DNA from: Chlorokybus atmophyticus
Lineage: Eukaryota > Plantae > Mesostigma and Chlorokybus algae
NCBI GenBank assembly: GCA_009103225.1
Contig: RHPI01003330.1
Location: forward strand, 454,845-518,844
Direction of reading: 5' to 3'
DNA: 64,000 nt
The position numbers were made by a program, and so were the translations under genes. Position 1 is the stretch's first letter. Each line of letters opens with the position of its first letter. This document shows, one piece after another, positions 30,659 to 50,265 of the stretch. The notes beneath the pieces were generated by a model that had not been told where the DNA came from, did not search any database, and saw only the letters and a list, made by a program, of their open reading frames with translations.

Positions 30659-33600
30659 GAGGAGAGGTAGAGGCAGGCAGCTTCTCAGCTGCTTCGCCGC
30701 CGCCGCCGCCTCCTGAAGTGGAGCAACGAGCTGCCATGCCGGACGAGGGCAGAGCTGCTCGCCAGCTCAGACCACGCCCTGCGCCGCCGCCTCCGGTGCT
30801 GTATGACGTCGACGCCGTCGTCAAGGAGATGAACAAGAAGAAGCAGCAGGTCAGTGTTGAAGCCATACTACGCATTGCACACAATGCATTGCACACATTG
30901 TTTGCAAGCAGCGCATGTCTTGAAACTGCACATGCTCTGTGTGTAGGTCAATGGCAGTAACAGTAAACGTTGCAAGAAGCATGGTGGCGCCGGTGGCAAT
31001 GCAAGGACGCCAGAGGCTCAGAAGAAGGTGCTTGTCATCGATGACAACGATGACATGCAGCCTGTCAGCTGCGACCCAGAGGAGGTTGCTTTCAAGTGGG
31101 CGCCCATTCTCAAGTCTAAAGCCGTGCACATGTACCCTTACCGCCGCTACAAGGTACACATGTTCTGTAGGGTTCAGCTGCTAAATTAGGCTGACAGTGC
31201 TGCACTTCAGCACTGTCAGCCTAACCGGTTAGCAAGCTTCTGCGGATCGTACTTGCAAATCCTGACTTATCTTCAACAACGATCTTGCTATGGCTTTGGC
31301 CAGGGTGATCCAAAGCCGGCTTTTGCGAATGCCTCCAGTCAGCCCTCCGGTGATACCCCGTAAGCAAACACAAGCTGCATTGCTGCCTGCAGACTTGCTT
31401 GCCTGTTTCTTGCAGAACTTAAGCAGTTCTTGTTTAAACTGTTTGTCCGTGCATTGCAGTGCCATCTGCCCGATGTCGGTGACAGCGCACTTTGAGAAGG
31501 TGGAAATCGATGCCGAGCATGAAATTCATCTTAACCAGACAGTGGAAGTGCAGGTAAGGAGGAGATAGGCCGTTGACTTTATCATTGTCTCTTGCTCATG
31601 GTTGTCATGCTTGCACTAAACGACTTGCGATTGTCATCGGCAGGGTGAGGAAGGCAAAGACAACTTTATTGGCCAGGTCATTGAGATATTCCAAACACAG
31701 GATGGACAAGGATGGTTTCGCGCACGGTGGTTTTGGCGCTTCCACGACACGGTGAGTGCTGCAATTGGCTGCATTCAAGACGAGAATAGCACTGGAACTG
31801 CTACTGTTATTTGTGATGTTCATTTAGCTGCCAGCAGTTCTACCTGTCTATCTGCAATGTGGGTTCAATCTTTTGCGGCTGTAACGCAAAGCGTTGCTTG
31901 ATCACACTGTGCAGTAATGCATTTGCTGCTGTTCAGACCTTGGGCCAAGCTATCGGAGGGAACTACGCTTCAGTGCAGCCGGATGGCAAGAGGGTTTTTA
32001 TTGCCAATGATGTGGATGACAATCTGCTCAGCACAATTGTGAAACCAGTTACCATTCTTCGGGTGCCTTCCTCGGTGAGGGCACGCTATTCCAAGTTGAA
32101 CGCACTAAACAGTAGGCGCCAAGCCATGACACTGGATGTGATAAGTGCAGGAGCTGAAGCCGCGCCAAGATCAGGAGTATGACTACTGGTACAATATGCA
32201 ATACGACAAGCAGTATACGTCTTTCTTCGCGCTGCCTGATTGCTTGAAGGAATTGGAGCACCCGCCTTTGGCTGAGCGACCTCCAGGTGCTTACGTGCAA
32301 GCCCTGTGCCCAATCTGACTGCACATCCACATGCTGTGGAACTGGGCTGCGTGTGCACAATGTGCTCAACATAACCGGCACATGCTAGCTCAACAGCACA
32401 GTGTCTCAGCCATGGCACTTGCAACGCATAGTACGTTGGCCAATCTCCCTGCACAGAATTACTGTTAGTGTCACAAACTGAAGCTGCCTGCTGGTGTGCG
32501 CTTTTCAGTGGCCTCAAGGTTGGCGCTGGACACACAATCAGCCAGTGACGCCACCGCAAAGACGGCACACGCATCGGCTGCTGATCAGCACAACGGCAAG
32601 GAAGTTCGTGTCCTAAAGGTATGCCCATCACAATACATGTCAAGGATTGCCTGTTTCTGTAGAAGCGTTGTCACACGTGCTAACTTGTGCAGGCCTTGGA
32701 CCTGTACTGTGGCTGCGGCGGTCTCTCTATTGGGTTCCAGGCAGCTGGCGAGAAGGATGGAATTGAGATCCGTGCGGTCAGTTTAAATATAGGCGTGTCT
32801 GTACTACATGTCTTCCAGCTAAGTACTGCATGTGACGTGCAAAATCTTGACTTGAAACCCGCAGCGCTGGGCAGTGGATATGTGGGAGCCGGCGTTGGAC
32901 ACATACAGACGGCATCATCCTGAGACCAAGGTAATGAGTTTGCAGCCTCTGTGCTACATGCGCTCTGTGTACTAATGCGGCTTAACCCGTAATGCAGGTG
33001 TATCACATGAAGGCGGAGCACTTTTTGAGCCTTTGCAAGCACTTTAAGCGCTTATGCGCCAGGGTGAGCTCAAGCTAGACTACCACCGTTTCTTGTGAAC
33101 ATTACGCATGCAGACCTGCTCATACACGTCCAGCTCCTGGCATACTGATCGTCTTGTTGCTCGCAGTATCTGGATGAAGTACACACCAGCGCAGAGGAGG
33201 CCAACATGCCGATCGTGCCCGGGGGCAACGACATTGACGAGCTGGTGTCCGATTCAGAGGATGAGGAAGATGACAAGGCGCTTGATGACGATGAGTTCGA
33301 GGTATTTGAAAAGGTGCATGTGTCAAGTTGCCTGTGCTGGTTGCCCTCTGCTGGACCATTGACTTGAGCTCAAGGGATGCCTCTGGCGTTTTGCTCTGGA
33401 GGTGATGCAACTACATGATGACTGACCTTCAAAGCTGCAGGTCGAGGAGATTTTGGACATACGCATCAAGGAGCGGGACACTAAAAAGCAAAAGCAAGAG
33501 AAGGAGAAAGCACAGGGCAAGAAGAAGCGCAAGAGAAACGATGGTAAAGATGAGGAGCTCTTACAAGTTGACGATGATGATGCTGAGGACGACAATGGCG

Positions 33601-35944
33601 GCAAATGCAAGAAGGAGACGCAAATTCATGACCGTGAAGGTGTTTTGGAATTCCTTATCAAGTGGAAAGGGTATGTGTCTGCTCATTGTTGCTCTCATGC
33701 CAGGCTGGAGCGGAAATAAGCATTGTTACTCATTGTAGCTTATAGGTATGGTGATGAGCATAATAGCTGGGAGCCAGAGGAGATGCTTCACAACTGCCCG
33801 GAGAAGTTCAAGGACTTTCTACAGGAGAAGAAAATTAGTGGAGATATTCCTTTCCCTGGTGATGTTGATGTTCAAACGGGAGGCCCACCATGCCAGGTGC
33901 TGCTCTTAATGTTAATGTGGACAAATTACCTAGCACGCTTGCTCAACTCATTCTGGTAAGTCGGCAAACATGCGCCTTGACACCTCTTGATGTTGCTGTC
34001 ACATAGGGCGTAAGTGGTTTCAACCGTTTCCGCGACTTTGAAGAGCCTCTCCGAGACCCTAAGAACTACCAGATGGCAGTGTACGTGGCGTGTTCTCACT
34101 ACTTCAAGCCGTCGTTTGTCCTGATGGAGAACGTCGCCGACATTCTCAAGTTTGGCGACCGCGCGCTGGGTCAGGACGGGTATCTTGGACGCTTTGCCAT
34201 GCAGCAGCTAGTCTCCATGAACTATCAGGTACTGCAAGCATGATGCAGCAGCTGCAACCGACAATAAAAGTGACTTAGAAAAGCAGTATCAGAGTTTGTT
34301 GCTTTGTGCCTTGTGCTTGAGCTGACTGGCTGTTGCACAGATGCGTATGGGCTTGATAGCTGCTGGGGCATATGGCCTGCCCCAATTCCGACTGCGATGC
34401 TTTGTCTGGGGAGCTGCTGTTGGTGAGTGGCCTTTGATACAAGTTCGTGCATGTCAATGTTTCAACTTCACCCTGCTTGCTTTTCTGCATGCATGCATGA
34501 TCATGCTCATAAGCTGCAGCATCTAGCTAACAGAGCTAGGCACTGACACATTGCATCATATCTGCTGCTGCTTACAGGCGAACGACTGCCGCCTTTCCCT
34601 CTGCCCACGCATGAAGTTCTCCCGCGCTCAACAACTTACCCCACCAAGTGGTCAGCCAACCTGGTCGGCTGGGATGAGGGATCAAAGGTGAGGTCTTCAA
34701 TGGTTAGTTGCTGCTGCAGCCATTGGCAGTCACCCTTCACACTATCATTACAGTGTACTGCTGACACACATGCAGGACCTCAAGCTTCTCAAGGAACTCA
34801 GGTTGGAGGATGCTATGCGTGATCTGCCTCCCGTAGACTGTTATGAGAAGCGAGATGAGATGCCATACTTGTCTGAGCCTCTCAACGACTTCCAGCGCAT
34901 CCTAAGAAGGCCACCGCCAGGTTGCGTGCATGTGCTGCCTTACTACTTCTCACTTGCAATGAAGCCTTGACCTACTAAGCTGAACTGCGGAACCTTTCTG
35001 CCAGGTGATGTGAAGGCGGGTGAGCCAAACTACAGCAACGTCCTGTATGATCACTTGTCTTTGCCCTTGAGCGCAGATGACAATGAACGCGTCGCACGTA
35101 AGTGGCTCAAAACAAGTGCAAGCTGTTCAAATCCCCATGTAGCTTAGCACATTGTTGTTGAGCAGTGATTCCGCACCGCAAAGGTGCAAACTGGACTGAC
35201 CTTCCCGGTGGTATCAAGAAGGAAGATGGCAGGTCAGTCACGACGTTACCTGCATGATGTGTTGATAGTGTCTGCGTGTACCATGTTGCTAGCATGCACA
35301 TGCCACTGATTGCAAGTGGTTAGTGCGAGTCTTCCCCATTGCTTCTCTATGCCGGCAGGTATGAATGCGGGCCCAACAAAGTTAAGTCTGGCAAGCCCCT
35401 CATTCCCAAGTACGCGACTAGTTTTGAAAACGGAAGGTCCAAGAAGCCGTTTGCAAGGTTGTGGTGGGATGACATTGTGCCAACTGTGGTGACACGCGCG
35501 GAGCCACACAACCAGGTAGCAACTCAATGCGTGCACACATAGACATGCAGTAGTCCTCACCTCACTGAACACAATGTTTTGCAGTGCATCCTGCACCCTG
35601 AGCAGGATCGTGTGCTGAGTGTCCGAGAAAACGCTAGGATTCAAGGCTTCCCAGACTACTATAGGCTGTATGGCAGGGTGCGAGACAGGTATGTCTGCCC
35701 AGAGCTTGCATGTCGCACACGTTCCAATGGTACACTTGCTGTAATATCCCTCACCTGCTGGAGGAATGCCGTAGCGCAGTAAGCGCACACTCTTGCTGAA
35801 GGAACTTTTTGGCACAGGTACACCCAAGTAGGCAACGCGGTCGCGCCTCCTGTGGCACGCGCATTGTGCATGGCTCTCGTGCAATCCATTCATGGATACC
35901 CCAGCGAGGAGCCCGTGCTTCGTCTGTCAAGTGTTGCATGGTAG
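30571..35944 (+). CDS. CMT: Chromomethylase (BAH + C5 DNA methyltransferase with embedded chromodomain)
   Basis: BAH domain (FIGQVIEIF...WFRARWFWR), motif [16 protein letters not shown], chromodomain (FE|VEEI...IKWKG|[10 protein letters not shown]), motif IV GGPPCQ|G, motif VI MENV, motif [40 protein letters not shown]. Start is either 30571 or 30736. Confidence 0.97.
31186..31224. repeat. Perfect 17-bp inverted repeat in a CMT intron
   Basis: TTAGGCTGACAGTGCTG-cactt-CAGCACTGTCAGCCTAA. Confidence 0.9.
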
Positions 35945-36590
35945 TGACAAGGCATCTGAGAAGCAGTTGGCGGTCAGCACGTTGGCATAGGAAAATGGAG
36001 AGTGAGGCAGGTGCAGGCAGACCCACGCAAGTTGTACATGACGAGATATATACCTTTATCAATTGCTTATTCAAGGCATGCTCATCGTTTGCTGCTAGCC
36101 GTCACATTCCAACAGCATGCAACTTTGGTCAAATTTGAAGGCCTTGCGCGTAACTTGCATCAAGCTGATGTATGACTGACCCGCATCGTCGTTCGAGGGT
36201 GTGCGTGTGATGCATGGGTGTGCACGCGTGTACACAAAACGCAGGATGCAATGTGAGAGAGAACTAGCAATGAATCTGAATGTGCACCCCATGTCGGGAG
36301 TGCAGGCGCACAAGCAAGCTTTATGCATGACTTGTAGCACTGAGATACCACAGCAATGACTACATTAACAGTAACAGCGAGTGAACACAGTGTGGTCAAA
36401 GTCTGAGTTCAGGAGCTTTGGGGAAAACCTGTACAAAACTACGCTGCCAACCTACAACTGCAGTTGCAAACCAGCATACACACCCATAGGATATGCTACC
36501 TGTCCCACTCACTACCTGACAACTCCAATACTAATCAACCACCCAACACTGAGTATACACATACAAAACTCACAGAGCAACTAGAAACGC

Positions 36591-38404
36591 TCACACTGCC
36601 GCTCCAACCTCAAGCAGGTGGCCCGCACCCTCCTTCACAAGTAACTTCTCGATATTCGCATTCTTGTCCTCCACGCTAGCAAACTGCATCCTTCTCCCAT
36701 GCCCTGAGGGAAGATATTCAACACATCGCACAACATTCACTCATCACAACTAGTCGCATCAGTAGCAGCAAGAGTAGTATACTGTACCAGGTAGGACCCA
36801 GGTAAAGGGCAGGTCCAACATGACGCGTATGCTGCGCAGCTGCACGTCCACGCTGTACCAGTTGAAGTCGCGGAATATGCTCAGGGTGCCTCCACGCCGC
36901 TCTGACTTCGCCAAACTGTCTCCTTTTAGAAGATAGTTGAGTGAGATGAGTGAGATGAGTGAGAGAGGACCGTGTTGTGTCTGTGTCATTCGGACACGCT
37001 GTACCCGTGAAGAGCATCTGGCCAGGCTTGTATAGGAGACAGCAGCTGCCTTCAGTGTGGCCCGGCGTGAAAATGATGTCGATGTCGTCGCCCAGCGGCC
37101 ACGGACCCTCGCCCTCAAGCACCCACTCTATCTTACTCCGATTCAATCCTTTCCACCCACCCAACTGCATAGATGTGCATGTTAGTATGTGTTTGTGTAC
37201 GCGCGCATGCGCACGTATGTAGGTGTGTGCATGTGCGAATGCGTGTCCAAACAACACCACACCAACGCACCCCACTCACCTCCTCCGCATGTATAATCCT
37301 CTTACACCCGAACTCCTTCGCCCACTCCTCATGTTCCCCGACATCATCTTTATGACTCAGGAAAATCCACTCAATCCCTCCCATCTCCCTCACTCTCTTC
37401 ACCAACGGTGCAGCAAACCGCGGCACGTCCACGAGCACGTTGCCACCTTGTCGAGTGATCAAATACGCGCTCGCGGCGTAGGTGGCCTCGGACACGTAGC
37501 CGGTGAAGAAGGCGGAGGGGACGGACGGGTCGATGAGGGCGGGGAGGGAGGAGTGGACGAGCTTGATGTTGGAGGGAGGGGAGAGGGTGCGGATGGAGTT
37601 GGTGGGACAGGTGAGAAGGGCCTGTGGGGAAGAGGATGGTTGGTGACATACTACATGCGCGCATGTATGCACACTTCTATCCAACATGTGCATCTTTGGC
37701 AGCGCTAATGTTGTTCTGTGATACTGACACCTGCTAACTTTTGGCGCACAGGCGAGCATGTGTGCGTGTACGCGCATACACGCACACATGCAACCTGTCT
37801 GAGTGCGTGCCATTGCATGTTAACGAGATGTGGGTATCATACAGCCTGTTGATTGTATGGTGTTGTTCTTCACACACCTGCAGTGAGGCGAGGCGCTCTT
37901 CATCGCCCTCAGGTTGCTTGACAACAGCACTCTGTCCCCCTCTAGCGGCAAACACCTCCGGCACCATCCACCTGCCCAAACACACAATGACACAACCGCG
38001 CACACAACTACTTCCCCGCATGCGTTGTGTCCTCACAAGCAACCCAGCTCCTTCCCTCACCTGCAGGTGTCGCAGTCAATGCACGAGGAGTCCACGTACA
38101 AGTCGCCCTCGACGTTCTCACGACGCCGGTGCGGCGTCTTCTCGCCGAGGACCGCCGTAGTCGTCGTTGTTGAGGATGTGCTTGGGCCTGTCGTCGATGT
38201 GGGCGACGCCGTGCGCCTGGTTGGCAACGAGTATGTTCAGCAACGTGCACAGGTGATGGTCTTGAAAACTTAAGCATGCCAGCGGAGTGCTTACCTGAAG
38301 CTTCGGCGTCGACCATGCAGCTTACTATGCGCCTCTTTAACTGGTCTCAATGACGATGCCACTGGCCCTCTCCCGACCAACACCGCCGCCGCCGCCGCCA
38401 ACAT
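36591..38404 (-). CDS. Plastid-targeted ferredoxin / metallo-beta-lactamase-fold fusion protein
   Basis: Transit-like N-terminus, [21 protein letters not shown]|WMVPEVF...[10 protein letters not shown] (CxxCxxC...CP), [19 protein letters not shown]|D, LPG|HG. Confidence 0.9.
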
Positions 38405-38694
38405 ACTGGAGGCGACACTTCTACTCCACACCACAACCGCTTGAACACACTAACACCCACAGGCAGCACTCCAAGCCGTCAAGGCGTGTGTTACCCAACG
38501 CTTCCTTCTTCAGGCAACCTGCTTGCCACCCACGCTTAGGTCACTGCTAACTAGGACGCTTATACCACCGCCGCCGCGGCTGACGTGGCGATAGTGTGGC
38601 AGTCCGTACAGTGCTACGGTGACCTCGGTACCAAGGTGCCAAGCGTTTCCCGTACGGTACCAGCAGGTGTACGCCGTCAGTCGGTGTATGAGTA

Positions 38695-38851
38695 CAGTCT
38701 AACCTCGATAAGTGCATACCATCGGGAACACCTCTTTCTATGCACTTATCGCGGATATGCACTTACGCTGCTTTATACTACCAGTAGAGTGCATTGGTGT
38801 CGGGCAAAACCATGCACTTATCGTGGATATGCACTTATCGAGGTTAGACTG
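38695..38851. mobile_element. Tc1/mariner (pogo-like) MITE, 157 bp
   Basis: Perfect 24-bp TIRs CAGTCTAACCTCGATAAGTGCATA...TATGCACTTATCGAGGTTAGACTG, flanked by TA on both sides (38693-94 and 38852-53). Internal repeats of TGCACTTATCG. Confidence 0.92.
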
Positions 38852-39275
38852 TAGCAGGCTACTGCTGTTGTCGGTTGTCGGCGCTGACCCTGTCACGTGA
38901 CTGATGGGGGAAGGCCGTGACTGTGGTTTAGCACATAAGGTTAGCGTGACCCTGAGATTTTAAGCATATCGAGGCGAGCTACTGATATCGACAAAATTTG
39001 AGCGCGTAGTTTGGTTACAAAAAGGTCAAGTTCTCGGTTAAGCAATGGGCTAGTTAATCACACGCAATTTTAGGCGACTGTGCAGGCATCTGGCGCTAGC
39101 GATGCCGCCGCCGCCAATCGCTCATCAGCATCGTCATCTTCGTTGTTGAGATGGCCGCTGTCCCTGTCATGGACTACCTTCCAACAACGCCGCCGTAGCC
39201 CACGTTGATAAGGGCGTCTGCTTCACTGTACTGTACTGGAGTTGTTGTTAGTCCCCCTCCTCCGCCGTCTTTACC

Positions 39276-46227
<6,952 letters not shown>

Positions 46228-46230
46228 GGA

Positions 46231-46279
<49 letters not shown>

Positions 46280-46653
46280 NNNNNNNNNNNNNNNNNNNNN
46301 NNNNNNNNNNNNNNNNNNNNNNNNNNNNNNNNNNNNNNNNNNNNNNNNNNNNNNNNNNNNNNNNNNNNNNNNNNNNNNNNNNNNNNNNNNNNNNNNNNNN
46401 NNNNNNNNNNNNNNNNNNNNNNNNNNNNNNNNNNNNNNNNNNNNNNNNNNNNNNNNNNNNNNNNNNNNNNNNNNNNNNNNNNNNNNNNNNNNNNNNNNNN
46501 NNNNNNNNNNNNNNNNNNNNNNNNNNNNNNNNNNNNNNNNNNNNNNNNNNNNNNNNNNNNNNNNNNNNNNNNNNNNNNNNNNNNNNNNNNNNNNNNNNNN
46601 NNNNNNNNNNNNNNNNNNNNNNNNNNNNNNNNNNNNNNNNNNNNNNNNNNNNN
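46231..46653. other. Poly-G run followed by assembly gap (N, 46280-46653)
   Basis: Directly visible in the sequence. Confidence 0.98.
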
Positions 46654-47206
46654 GGGACGGGACTGGGGGACTGGGGGACTGGGGTGTGGGGATGCATCAC
46701 TTGTGTGTATAACAACCTTAGTAAGCGTATCTTGATGTATGCGTTAGTGCGAGTGGTGGTGGTGTTGCTGTGCAGTGCTCTGTGATGATGCGTTGGTCCG
46801 GTCATTCGCCTCCTACCACCACCATTGTGCCTTGGGTCACAGCGTGTACGTGTAGCGAATGCATGTGCAGATGCGACCGTGATGGTGTTTTCAGCTCATG
46901 CAGTCAAGTCGCTGAGCTCAATGCTATGAGCACGATATTGCGCCGTTGTGTTACTCACCACGAACAACAGCAAAAAGCCAGTTGGTTCACATCTACCAGC
47001 GTGGCTGCGATGTACATCAAATGCAGGACATGCATGCGCATGTAGTAACAAGCACAGCTGTGTGCATGACAGTGTCACTCTGTTGCGAGGATCAAGGTCA
47101 AGCGTGTACACGCATTCAGCAACCATTGGTGAGTGCTATTACTAGCTACTAGCTCCTTTTTTGACAACAGGTGCTTGGGGCACGCACTGCACTGCACAAG
47201 CACTGA

Positions 47207-47252
47207 CACATCATGTGCATTGATGATCACACATCATGTGCATTGATGATCA
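47207..47252 (+). repeat. 23-bp tandem duplication
   Basis: CACATCATGTGCATTGATGATCA, two copies. Confidence 0.9.
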
Positions 47253-48835
47253 AACCAAAATGGTGCGCCACAGCACCCTCTCCTTGCGTGGCAGGTACCG
47301 ATTGTTTGCTGCTCAAACGTCTCCCGGCGCCGCACGCATCCACATGAGCGTAGCCTCGCAGTCCTTAAATTGGCTAATGCAATGGAAAAGCTAATGGGGA
47401 GGTGATCATAGTGTGTTGATTTGTGTTTGTCGCTGAGTGCTATGCATGCTGTACCAAAGCATAACTCCCCCCACTTTCATGCTCGGAGCTCACCATGAGT
47501 AGTAGCACGTATTGCAATAGAATTACAACATTTCGTGTTGTCCATGTTCCTTCCAGTGAGTAAGAACTCAATGCGCGTATCCATTTGCAATCAAGTAGTT
47601 TCCATTTCCTTAACAGTATACATGCGTACATATATATGTATAAATGTCATCATTATCACCACAATTTGTGTCCATTGATAATAACATATCAAGTTGTGTT
47701 TGTCACATGTGTCAATTGTTGCTAACGTACATTGTGATGGCAACTTGTAAGCATACTTCACACCAATTTCGCAAAAACGTCCATCTGTTGACCTATTCGG
47801 GCGTATCCAATTCGGGCAAGTCATGTCATCAAGAGGCAGATGTGTCTTATATTTCCATACGCACGCTCACAACTTGCGAGCGTATGCACACTTGAAGTGC
47901 ATAGATATATACACTCATTAGCCAAGTAATTGATGACTGTTGACACAGCAACCGCATTTATTGGACGGGTGCACCAATAGTGTGGATTATTGCATGCGCT
48001 ATTGATATTTAAACGTTACACATCATGATGATGAGTGTATTTATACGAGTGTCACGGGTTCTCCTCGAAGGTTTATTCGATGAGCTTTAATACATGTGAA
48101 AGGTACCGTGAAAGTCACTGTACGTTGAATGCACAATAAGTATTACATATAGTTATATAGCTACAAAGATGGATAAGTATATAAACATAATGTAGGCAAG
48201 ATGCTTTGTTTTGAGTCGTTGCATCGGCCCAACGGCAAGACGGGGATAGCCATTTACTGCACACGGTGCAATGCTTGTACTCTTATATAAGTATATGCAT
48301 AGACATATACATATATAAATATATATGCCTATGCGCGAGCTTTCATGCTAGGTGCGCATCTACAAAGATCACGCATTACTAGATGGCAAATACCTTACTA
48401 AACAGTACAATCTTCTATTTGTAACTTATAAATGATTGCATCCCATTTATATATATAATTGTATCTCAACAGCGGTCTAAGCTGCAAGCAGCTTTGTTAC
48501 TACTTTATGTGTCTGTGTTCTTGTTAGCCCATATGCATTTGGTGCACAAAAGTAGTTGTATACTGCTATATTGCATCGTGTACCCTTAGTTCTTTACCTT
48601 CCATATCTTCCACAAACTACCTGCCCCCGATTTGTTCGGGTATGCTACCCGGAGTGTTGACTGTAGCACTAGGTGCAGTAAGTGCTTACCCAAAACTACT
48701 ATTACTATACCTGTAAATAGGAAAAGAATGGCAGCTAGGGGGGGTGTATGTATATGTATGTATATATATACATATCTATATGTATATATATGTATAAATA
48801 TAAGCGTGTATGTGCGTGCGTGTGTGCGCGTGCCA

Positions 48836-48837
<2 letters not shown>

Positions 48838-48902
<65 letters not shown>
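48838..48902 (+). repeat. (GT)n microsatellite, intergenic
   Basis: Pure GT run preceded by (TA)-rich repeats. Confidence 0.95.
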
Positions 48903-48906
<4 letters not shown>

Positions 48907-49971
48907 CTTTACTTTCACAATGAGCTGTTGGCTTTGGTGCATCATACGCTTTTGTACCGTACGAAAGCGTTAAGTCAATCACATGCGTATATACACGTGC
49001 ATTACAAGGATGTAATGCATTCTTAATAAATTTCTTGAAACTCATTCTCCCGCTCTACCGTTGGGAAAATGCCTAAGCCCTAATTGCAAATGTAGAACTA
49101 TCTTGCACCACGCGTTACATGTTGACTGCTTGTGACGCATAAATGTCTCTTTTTCAACCAGAGGTATTGTTCTCGCAATGCAAATTTTCAATATAAAAAG
49201 CCTTGTTTAAGCTATGCTAGTTAATGTTGTTATAAACACGCAATCTTCCCATTTGCAATAATAGCGTGTGATGCATACCTGTCTGCCGTACGCAACCATG
49301 GCTGTTGCTGTCAGCATGCTGACAGCCTATCATCATGCCGTATTGATGCATATAGTGGCATGCTGACAGTGTTATGCACACATGTGCATGCATATGTGTA
49401 AAGTGTAAAAGAAAACATTGGAATATGGACGAACATCATGTATGATAACATGTATAATAATATTGCGTAATTGGCAACGATGCGAATGTGTTGGCATCAC
49501 TCCATGCAACAATAGGGCAGGCGATAGAGGAGTGCCTCTCAAGCAAACACACTGGGTTTCTCGATACTTTCATGTACACTATGTAAACGCATAACACAAC
49601 TATCATATCCTTTATGGATAGTATGCGCTATTTGAACAAATTATCGATCAACAACAAGATATCAGCGTTGAATATTACATCAAAATGGAACATGGACAAG
49701 CTTTACAAGGATCAGCCTGCAACAAAGCTATCAGGCACATTGTATGTGTGAGTGCAGCCTTAGCTAAACAACACACAGTGTGTGACATAGTGTGACACTC
49801 TGTTGCGGCTGCCATATATTCCGCAATCATCCATTTGCGGATCTACGGGTACTATGATTCGACCTTCATTGTGTGACTGTCGTTTTGTGACAGGTCAAAC
49901 GGAGCAGTTCGTGCAGTAGGCCTTAGGGCACTTTATTACAGTGCACTTAGAGTCACACTTGAAGTTCATTC

Positions 49972-50265
49972 TGGGTTCTGCATCAGCCGGTCAATTTCAC
50001 CAGTCGGTCGGTCGGCAGGGATATCATTCTGGCAAGTCTTGACAATATCAGTGGAACGCATAATTACACGACAACGCAGACACTGTCGTTTGTCGGCGTA
50101 TGACCGCAATGACACTGTGCAGACTGGCCTTCTCTCGCATGGTCGGCGTACAAAGAAGCGGGTCGGGGCCGGAGGCAAGGGTCGGTCGATGACTGAGAAA
50201 TAATGATACTACTATTGCTTCTGACGTTTTTCGGTCGACGTTTGGGTCGGCCGACGCAGAACCCA
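49972..50265. mobile_element. Possible decayed non-autonomous DNA element (18-bp imperfect inverted repeats)
   Basis: TGGGTTCTGCATCAGCCG (49972) versus the reverse complement of 50248-50265, TGGGTTCTGCGTCGGCCG: 16/18 identical. Internal GGTCGG repeats. No clear TSD. Confidence 0.35.
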
